DNA of 64,000 bases from the IMG/VR virus record IMGVR_UViG_3300023210_000011, positions 1 to 64,000 of that record; one strand, 5' to 3'. This document shows positions 54,136 to 62,000 of the stretch, piece after piece. A program made the translations under genes and the position numbers. Within the stretch, counting starts at the first letter, position 1. Each line of letters begins with the position of its first letter. The notes beneath the pieces were generated by a model. The model did not search any database. It was not told the DNA's origin and saw nothing but the letters and a program-made list of their open reading frames with translations. The stretch is from a virus.

Positions 54136-54940
54136 CCTCCGGAGCCGACTCGAGAAGATCGCGGCAAAGGACCCGTACCAGTTCCCGACTTCTTGGACGT
54201 CCGGGCAGCCGATGTCGTCTCGGGCCGCTCAAGATCTGGACCTGTGGCGGCAGTGGAAGACCTCCAAGGAAGACCCAGAGAAGCTGGCTCCGCTCCTCAC
54301 GTCGCTCAATCCAGTCATCTCTTCGCAGGTGAACCGGCACCGGGCCCCGAGGATCTACAAGCCTGCGATCGAGGCCCACGCGCGCACCCTGGCAGTCCAG
54401 GCACTCCGTCGGTATGACCCGACCCGGAAGGCTGCGGTCGCATCGCACGTCCAGAACAACCTCAAGGGTCTCAACCGCTACGTGAAGAAGCATCAGAACT
54501 TCACGCGGATCGTAGAGGCACAGGCCAACAAGATCGGGCCGTACTCGCGGGCCAAGGCTGTGCTCGAGGAGGAGCTGGGCAGGGAGCCCACCACCTTCGA
54601 GCTCGCAGACAAGCTCAAGATGAGCCCGAAGAAGGTCGAGCGCCTGGCGAAAGAGATCCGGCCGGACATCTTCAACCTGCCGGCAGTCGGAGAAGATGCG
54701 TTCGAGTCCTCCCCCTTCGAGGAGGAGTCCCCCAGGCACCGCGAGGTCATCGCGATGCTGCCCTACGAGCTCACAACCGACGAGACAGCAGTGTTCAACT
54801 ACCTCTTCGGTAAGGGAGGGAAGCGCAAGATGGAGGTGATGAACGACATCGCGCGTGAACTCGGGTGGTCTGCGTCCAAGGTCTCCCAGGTCAAGAACTC
54901 GATCTCGAAGAAGTACCGCGACTACCTGAGAAGCTTCTGA
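54128..54940 (+). CDS. sigma-70 family RNA polymerase sigma factor (FliA/WhiG-like)
   Basis: region 2 ALRRYDPTRKAAVASHV; region 3 LEEELGREPTTFELADKLKMSPKKV; region 4 HTH MNDIARELGWSASKVSQVK. Confidence 0.85.
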   Translation: MADLRSRLEKIAAKDPYQFPTSWTSGQPMSSRAAQDLDLWRQWKTSKEDPEKLAPLLTSLNPVISSQVNRHRAPRIYKPAIEAHARTLAVQALRRYDPTRKAAVASHVQNNLKGLNRYVKKHQNFTRIVEAQANKIGPYSRAKAVLEEELGREPTTFELADKLKMSPKKVERLAKEIRPDIFNLPAVGEDAFESSPFEEESPRHREVIAMLPYELTTDETAVFNYLFGKGGKRKMEVMNDIARELGWSASKVSQVKNSISKKYRDYLRSF

Positions 54941-55176
54941 TGGCGTACCCGGAGACTGTCGCGCGGGTGATCCGTCTGCGGGCACAGCTCGAGTCCGAGC
55001 TCCTCGCGGCGGAAGCAGAGGTTGCTCGCGAGGTTGCGCTGCTCAAGATCATTCATGAGGGGCGCACGGGCGATGGCGCCCTCAGTGCGCGCACGGTAGA
55101 GTTGACCACTGCGCAGACCGTGGGTTTCTTGTCGAAATACCTTCCAGATCTGTCTGCTGCGCTTGCCTCGGGTTGA
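54940..55176 (+). CDS. hypothetical protein
   Basis: 3' part of ORF 54865..55176; TGATG coupling. Confidence 0.6.
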   Translation: MAYPETVARVIRLRAQLESELLAAEAEVAREVALLKIIHEGRTGDGALSARTVELTTAQTVGFLSKYLPDLSAALASG

Positions 55177-55391
55177 TTGTGCCGTTCACTACTCAGGATA
55201 TGTCGTTCGCCGCATTCTTGGTGCAGCGGGGATTCTCGATCTCAGACGTGTCGCGGTCCAGTCGTCGGACCTCCTGGACCTTCAACATTACCCAAGAAGA
55301 CCTGTCCAAGATGGAAGCAGAGTGGCCGGGCACGCAGGAGTGCCGCTTCTTCAACTGCTACCAGACTCTCAAGAATCAGGTCCGAAAATAG
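55173..55391 (+). CDS. small hypothetical phage protein (FTTQDMSFAAFL)
   Basis: ORF track; coupled. Confidence 0.6.
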   Translation: MIVPFTTQDMSFAAFLVQRGFSISDVSRSSRRTSWTFNITQEDLSKMEAEWPGTQECRFFNCYQTLKNQVRK

Positions 55392-55403
55392 TAGGGAGGC
55401 GTC

Positions 55404-56075
55404 ATGTCGTTCACGACGGTTGGCCTGGCCACCACTGCCACCCTGCGGGTCACCTTCGATGGCGGCTCCGGCACCGAGACGTTCCTCAACGCCGACGATG
55501 ATCCCAGCCTCGCGGTCATCCTCGACGATGAGACCCTTGAGACGATCACCAGCTTCGTCAACGACGTCACCGGGATCTACAGTGCGCTGTGGACTCCCCT
55601 CATTGCGGGACAGTACACGCTGACCTGGACCTTCGGGGTCGCAGGCACTGAGTACACCCGCAGCGACACCGTGGACGCGCTGGACTCTGGAGATCTCCCC
55701 CCGGGGGCAGTAGACCCCGACCCAGATGTGGGGGTAGACAACACCTGTACGCTGACCGGCACATTCGTGGACTCCGCAGGGAACTTCCTGCCGGGCCACC
55801 ACGTCCGATTCAGTCCCGATCTCGCCACCTCTCAGGTCACCGGAGTCGGCTTCGTAGCTGACGATGTCACGGCCACCTCAGATGCCAATGGTGAGATCTC
55901 CTTCACGGCCGTTCGCGGCCTGACAGGCTTGCTCGCCGTCTCAGGATCTTCCCTGGTTCGGCGCGTCACCATCCCTGACCAAGCCACCATCGATATCTTC
56001 GAGCTTGCGGCTACCGCAGACGATCTGCTCGAAATCCAGGAGATTGAGCTGGTCGAGCTGCCTCGGAGATCTTGA
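55404..56075 (+). CDS. beta-rich virion structural protein
   Basis: Thr/Asp/Gly-rich Ig-like composition; AGGGAGG RBS. Confidence 0.7.
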   Translation: MSFTTVGLATTATLRVTFDGGSGTETFLNADDDPSLAVILDDETLETITSFVNDVTGIYSALWTPLIAGQYTLTWTFGVAGTEYTRSDTVDALDSGDLPPGAVDPDPDVGVDNTCTLTGTFVDSAGNFLPGHHVRFSPDLATSQVTGVGFVADDVTATSDANGEISFTAVRGLTGLLAVSGSSLVRRVTIPDQATIDIFELAATADDLLEIQEIELVELPRRS

Positions 56076-56968
56076 TGAGCGCGGTCACCCTCTACGTCTA
56101 CGACTCCTCAGACGAGACCAAGAACACCCCCCTCGAGTCCTGCACGGTCTTCGTCTTCTCTGAGGATGGATCTACGTTCATCACCCAGGGGAACACCACC
56201 GTTGAAGGACAGGTCGTGTTCGACCTGCCCGACGCCACCTACTGGGTCCGCTTCTTCAAGACTGGGTTCTCCTTCGACACCGGACTGAGTGTCGTAGTCG
56301 AGGAGGATTCAGAGTTCGAGGTGGGCGGCGAGAACCTCGATGACCGACCTCCCGCGACGCTGAGTCACCTCTGCCGGGTGAGCGGCTTCATCATCGGGGC
56401 TGCGGGACAGCATCTGGCCAACGTGACCGCGGAGTTCATGCTCAACGAGCGCGTCCGCATCAGTGGCGGCAACGCCACCGGCAACTCCAAGGTGATCGTG
56501 GTGTCTAACGCCGCGGGCTACTTCGAGTTCGATCTCCTCCGGGGAGCCGTGTACGAAGTGGTGGTGGAGTCCTACGAGCCGGACGTCTTCGTAGTCACTG
56601 TCCCGGACAAGGTCTCTACGGGGTTCACCGACCTCATCTGGCCCTACGTCTCCCGGGTCGATCTGACTCCCTCATCTGTCAGCATCGATGAGGAGGATGA
56701 GGTCGAAGTAGAAGCCGAAGTGGTCCTGTCGAGTGGACGCGCCGCGCCGTACAAGAAGATCCAGGGCGAGGCGGTGGGGTCGAGCCTCGTGTCCGTGTCC
56801 TCCACCGATCCAGCTGTGGCCACCGCATCCATGAGTGGGTCCACGGTCACCATCGTCGGTGTCGGCGCCGGAACCTGCGAGATTGAGTTCTCGTCCTCCT
56901 TGGCGGAGGCTGAGAGAGTCCCCGCAGTGGACGTCACCTTCGACAGCATCTCCGTTACGGTGGCTTGA
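56072..56968 (+). CDS. virion protein with prealbumin-like repeats and C-terminal Ig-like domain
   Basis: SSTDPAVATAS...VTIVGVGAGTCEI pattern of Big_2-type domains. Confidence 0.7.
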   Translation: MMSAVTLYVYDSSDETKNTPLESCTVFVFSEDGSTFITQGNTTVEGQVVFDLPDATYWVRFFKTGFSFDTGLSVVVEEDSEFEVGGENLDDRPPATLSHLCRVSGFIIGAAGQHLANVTAEFMLNERVRISGGNATGNSKVIVVSNAAGYFEFDLLRGAVYEVVVESYEPDVFVVTVPDKVSTGFTDLIWPYVSRVDLTPSSVSIDEEDEVEVEAEVVLSSGRAAPYKKIQGEAVGSSLVSVSSTDPAVATASMSGSTVTIVGVGAGTCEIEFSSSLAEAERVPAVDVTFDSISVTVA

Positions 56969-58086
56969 TGCCGCTGAAACTCTCTGATGCTGACCTCCAG
57001 CGGAGCGCCAAGAGTGCTCTGTCCCCGGTGCCCCCTTCTGGGGCCAGCCGGGCGGAAGATCGGGAGTTCGCGTGGGACCGTTTCCGGGCGTCAGCAGCCC
57101 AGGCCGTGCTCTCCGACCCAGACACGATGCTCTACCTCAAGCTCCGCAAGATGCGGGGTCTGGTGCGTCCCGCAGCAGAGATGCACGGTCTACTCTGTAC
57201 GGCTGTCATGCTGACCGAGCTCGCAGTCCGGCCGGCAGATGTGGGCGTCTCTGACGCGCCCTCCGATGTATCGCAGATTGAGGCAGTGCTCTCTCGAGGC
57301 ACTACCCCAGACCTGGCAGCCCTCCAGGCAGCGACTGCAGCAGCGTTCCGGGACGAGGTGAAGAGAGAGGTCCGAAAGGGCTACGCCCGTCCGAGTGACG
57401 CGGGGGCGTCACTGTCTGTGGTTGTGCAGGAGATCGTCAGACGGGCGGAGGATCTCTACGAGATCTGCGTGCAGGTCAAGAGTCGGATCCCAGACCACCG
57501 CGCGATCCTCCTGGCTACCGCCGCAGGCCCGGTCAAGGATCGGGCGCTGCTGGCGCTGAGCGAGCGAGACGGGCTGGACAGGGTGCTGGCGGTCAGCAAC
57601 GCGGTGGGGGCGCTGCAGGCCCTCCAGGCTGATCCACCGACCCAGGTGCTGCTGTCCCGTCACGCCGCAGCCGGGGCACACATGGCGACACTGATGCGCG
57701 CCCTGTCCGGGCTGCTGCGGCCACGCAAGCTGGCGGCGTCACGGGCGGAGGCCGCGAGGGAAGTGGCCTTCTACGGGGAGTCGGCCTCTCTGATCTCTTC
57801 CCTCACTCCCGAGGCCTCCCGGGCGTTCGGTCTCCTGTTCTTGGACACTCCGGACTCGGTAGACACCCTGGGGAGCCTCCGGGAGATCTCGCTCGAAGCA
57901 GCCGCAGGTACGGTGTCCTCTGCCCAGCAGCTCCTGAAGTCATGTGCTGCCGAGGGATTCGACGCAGCATACCGAGACCTCGAGATGGGGAACCCCCTCC
58001 GGCTGGTGCGCTCGGGCTTCCTCTCTGGGACGCGGGTTGGGAGCATCTCTGCGGTTACCGGAGACCTCACCTACCGCTCAGGGTGA
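56965..58086 (+). CDS. hypothetical helical protein
   Basis: ORF track; coupled. Confidence 0.7.
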   Translation: MMPLKLSDADLQRSAKSALSPVPPSGASRAEDREFAWDRFRASAAQAVLSDPDTMLYLKLRKMRGLVRPAAEMHGLLCTAVMLTELAVRPADVGVSDAPSDVSQIEAVLSRGTTPDLAALQAATAAAFRDEVKREVRKGYARPSDAGASLSVVVQEIVRRAEDLYEICVQVKSRIPDHRAILLATAAGPVKDRALLALSERDGLDRVLAVSNAVGALQALQADPPTQVLLSRHAAAGAHMATLMRALSGLLRPRKLAASRAEAAREVAFYGESASLISSLTPEASRAFGLLFLDTPDSVDTLGSLREISLEAAAGTVSSAQQLLKSCAAEGFDAAYRDLEMGNPLRLVRSGFLSGTRVGSISAVTGDLTYRSG

Positions 58087-58090
58087 CCAC

Positions 58091-58435
58091 ATGCCCGACA
58101 CCAAGACCCTGGACCTGGCGACTCAGCAGCTCCTCGCCCTCGTCGGAGATGCGATCACAGAGGTCAGCACCGCCCAGGCACTGAACCAGGTCGCTTCGGC
58201 AAGCCTTCGGTCCTCCTTGGAGGATGCGATCCTGCTGCTGGACTCCGAAGCATTCGGTGAAGTGGGAGCTTTCGCGGTAGGAGGAGAGGCGTCGCCTATC
58301 ACTGGTACGCTTCCCTCCCGCACCGTGGGTGGTAAGATCCAGAGAATCCGTGAGCTCCGGGCGGCCCTTTTCGGTTCCGCTGGGAACTCAGTAGGTGCCA
58401 TGGACATCCTCCTGCAGGCCGCCTCGGTGGAGTGA
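58091..58435 (+). CDS. hypothetical protein
   Basis: 3' part of ORF 57944..58435 starting MPDTKTLD. Confidence 0.65.
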   Translation: MPDTKTLDLATQQLLALVGDAITEVSTAQALNQVASASLRSSLEDAILLLDSEAFGEVGAFAVGGEASPITGTLPSRTVGGKIQRIRELRAALFGSAGNSVGAMDILLQAASVE

Positions 58436-58436
58436 C

Positions 58437-59078
58437 ATGGACTACCCCCTTCTCGCGTTCCAGCAGACCAAGAACATCCAGCGGGTGACGTTCTTCGGTC
58501 AGGGCACCGCCCTGGACATTCGCGGGCTGAACTTCCGCGACATCACTGGGGTGATCGTCAACGGGGTCCGCTCTCCGGTGTTCGTCACGGTCAGTCCGAC
58601 GCGGATCCTGGCCGACATCCCAGCCGGGGAGGTTGGGGTCATCATCCGGTCGGTGGCGGTCCTCACTGCGAACGTCAGTGGCAGCAAGGCGTCCATTGTC
58701 AGCTTTGAAGCTGCGGTCTCGGCGCAGCAGTTGGGGGACTCTGGGCTCCTCGTTCAGCGATTCCTCAAGGTGCTCCTGACTACGCAGGGGTCGGACATCT
58801 TCGCTCCGCAGGCCGGAGGAAACCTCTTGGCGTTGATCGGGGAGATCTCCGAATCAGAGCGCCAGAATGTGGAAGCACTGGCCATGCTGTACGTTCAGCA
58901 GGCGGAAGAGGTAATGATCACCTCGCAGGCACGGAACCCGCAGCTCCCCGACTCCGCCAAGCTGGGGCGGGTCACCGTTCTTCGGGCGTCATATAGTCCC
59001 CAAGAAACCGCCCTCGATATTCGGCTGCGGATCCAGTCCCTTGACGGGACGGTCGCGATCGCAGGACTCGCCCTCTAA
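58437..59078 (+). CDS. baseplate wedge subunit (gp25/GPW-like) with N-terminal IPT/TIG-like part
   Basis: LVQRFLKVLLTTQGSDIFAPQAGGNL pattern; directly upstream of the baseplate J-like gene. Confidence 0.7.
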   Translation: MDYPLLAFQQTKNIQRVTFFGQGTALDIRGLNFRDITGVIVNGVRSPVFVTVSPTRILADIPAGEVGVIIRSVAVLTANVSGSKASIVSFEAAVSAQQLGDSGLLVQRFLKVLLTTQGSDIFAPQAGGNLLALIGEISESERQNVEALAMLYVQQAEEVMITSQARNPQLPDSAKLGRVTVLRASYSPQETALDIRLRIQSLDGTVAIAGLAL

Positions 59079-59087
59079 GGAAGACCC

Positions 59088-62000
59088 ATGGCCAACACCG
59101 GTACGCAGGCTGATCAGATCCGTGATCTCCTCGTGGAGCTCCTCGAGGCGTACGATCCGACGCTCAATCTGGCCCCGGGTGGGGCGGTGTACGACCGTGT
59201 TGTCGCTCCGCTCTACTCCTCCCTCGGTGTGGACGCGTTCGATACGGACCTCGAGCTCTTCCTCCTGACCCGACTGCGCCAGGAGTTCCCGAGTCTGCCT
59301 GCTGAGCAGGGCGACGCCATCGTTGACCTGGTCATTCGTCCTCTGCAGCTCCTTCTTGAGGGATTCAAGCGGGAACTGCAGATCATCCGACGGGGGCAGT
59401 CCGTCCGCAACTCGGGTCAGATGCGGATCCAGGATGCAGAAGACCTGGCTGCCAACTTCTTCGTGAGCCGCCGAGAGGGGTCCCGGGCGGGAGGCACCGT
59501 CCGGATCTTCTTCGCGAACCCCACGTTCGTCTCGCTGCTGGCTTCGACCGAGCTCCGTACCTCTTCAGGGCTGGTCTTCTACCCGCGCGTTCCTCAGTTC
59601 TTCCGCCCAGAGGTGATGGCTGCTCAGCGTTCGGGGCAGCTCTACTACCTCGATGTGGGCGTAGTCGCGGCAGAAGCCGGCGAGGAGTACAACGTCGAAG
59701 AGGGTGCGATCTCCTCGGTCATCGGGCTCGCCTCTGCCGTGCGCGCCACCAACCGGTTCGCATTCAACGGGGGCAGTTACCAGGAGACGGCCGAGCAGCT
59801 CCTCCAGAGGACGCAGACCTCTCTCACGGAGCGCAGCCTGAACACCCGCCGCGGAGTTCGCGCTCGGCTGTTCTCGGAGTTTCCCACAATCCGGAATATG
59901 GAAGTCGTCGGATTCGGGGATCCGGAGATGCAGCGGGATGTGATCACAGGATCCGGCGGCGGAGATGTGATCACGTCGGGCATGAGCTTCGTTCTGGGTC
60001 GCTACGTGCTCCTGCTGTCGATGTTCGAGAATCGTGGCCGGGATGGGGCTCGTCGAATCCGAGCCGGGAGCCGGATCGAGCTCAACTTCTGGAACTTCCT
60101 CTACGGAACGCGCCCGGAGGAGGCGAACCAGTTCTTCGGGGTCGACGAGGTGGTCTACGAGAGCTCGGAGGACCTGGTTGGGCTGCCCACGATCTACCTG
60201 CTGAAGCTGGACGCGGTTCCTGATGTCGATCCCCCTTCCGTCAGCCTGATCCCTGGCCTCCTTCCTGGGGTGTTCGCTGCTGCGTACGACCGGGCGGAGA
60301 TCCGGATCTCAGACATTCCCGGGGGCATCACGAACCCCGACGCGAATGAGCAGATCATCATCCAGGACGGAGAGGTCCACATCGGCGGGCACTACGACGT
60401 GTACGTCCGCCCGTCTGCGTCCAGTTCGACCTCTACGCAGTACGCCCCGCAGGCCAGCGAGGTTGCGGTGTACGAGGGAGAGGAGCTCACCCTCTCTGGG
60501 CAGATCGATGCAACGGCTCTGCGCGACTACGGGGCCCTCAAGAACAAGGTGCATTCGCGGCTCCGGATCCACTACCGGCCCATCTCAGGAACGCTCACCG
60601 AGACCGAGGTGGTCAACCTCTTCGACGGCTCGAGCATCGAGGAGGACACCGGGGCCTACCTCCTGGATCTGAACACCGCAGAGCGGTACCTGGACCTGTG
60701 CTGCCTGACGTCCGACAACGACTGGTCTTCCGGCCAGATCAAGGGCGCGACCAGTGGTGCCGTCGTCGCCATCTCGAGCGTGGAGCAGGTCATCTGGGAG
60801 GACGTTGGGGTCTCTCGTGGGATGACCCTCAATGTGCTCACGGGACCTGATGCCGGGGTCTACAAGATCTTGGATGTGCGGGGTGTTGAGCTGGTGCTCG
60901 ACCTGGACATGACTGCGTTGTCGTCTGATGTGCGATTCCGCATCATCGACGAGACCGTAGTGGATGCGTTCTCGCCCCAGTCCCCGGTCTACCCGTTCAA
61001 CGCGGACTCTGCGACGGGACTCCGCACGACCATTGGGTCTGCGACGGTCCGGGTCTCCGAAGACCTGCAGCAGTTCGGAGTCGCCACCGGGCACACCTTC
61101 GAGATCCTCGATGGGGGCAACCAGGGGGTCTACCAGATCACCGGATTCGGCGCGAACGGGGGACGTAGCCCCATCCTGAACTCCGAGATGCGGTCTACCG
61201 ACTCCAGTGCGTCCTTCAAGATCTACAGCTCTTCCGGTGGCCTCACCCGGCCGCTGGTCCGGGTGGCTCCCGGTGGCGTGGCGCTGCTCGATACGAGCGG
61301 GCAGGACACGGGCTACACCGTGCCTCCGGCCCTCCCGGTCGGGGCCGCTGCGTACGAAGGCTTCTCCGGCGCTCGGATCACGTACAGCGGGCTCAACGGG
61401 TTCGTGCTGGCAGATGCGGGCACCTCCTGGGCGCCGCAGAGCCATACGCGGCTGCAGGTCTACGACATCGACTCCGCAACAGGTGAGCTGACGAACCCGT
61501 CTGCTGTGAGTCCGCGGTCCCCGGACGGTACGATCACGCAGAAGGACATGAAGACGATCTCCCAGTACTCTGGGCGTCCCGGCACTTGCTACACGGACGA
61601 GTGCCTCCCCAGCGATGACGACTACGTCGCTGTGATGTCTCTTGTGGAGCAGGGGCTGGGTTCTGGGTCTTTCCAGACGCACCTGGCGATTGACCTGCCC
61701 ACGGCGGCCACCGACTTCCTGCAGTCGCTCCGCGATTGGATGGTGGAGCTCACCAGCATCTCAGGCTTCGACCTGGGCGCAGACTTCGAGGCGCTGGCGA
61801 CGCTGTTCGCTCCGTTCACCCTCGACCCAGTGGATGCGGCCAACCCGATCATCGCCCAGTACGAGGTGTTGATCCCGAAGGCCATCTTCGATGGCTGCAA
61901 CAACGTCTTCATCGCCGCCCCAGAGTTCGACTGGAACAAGGCCTTCTCGGGATCCACGTTCGAAGATGCGATGGACGACTACAACAACGGAGAGCTGCGC

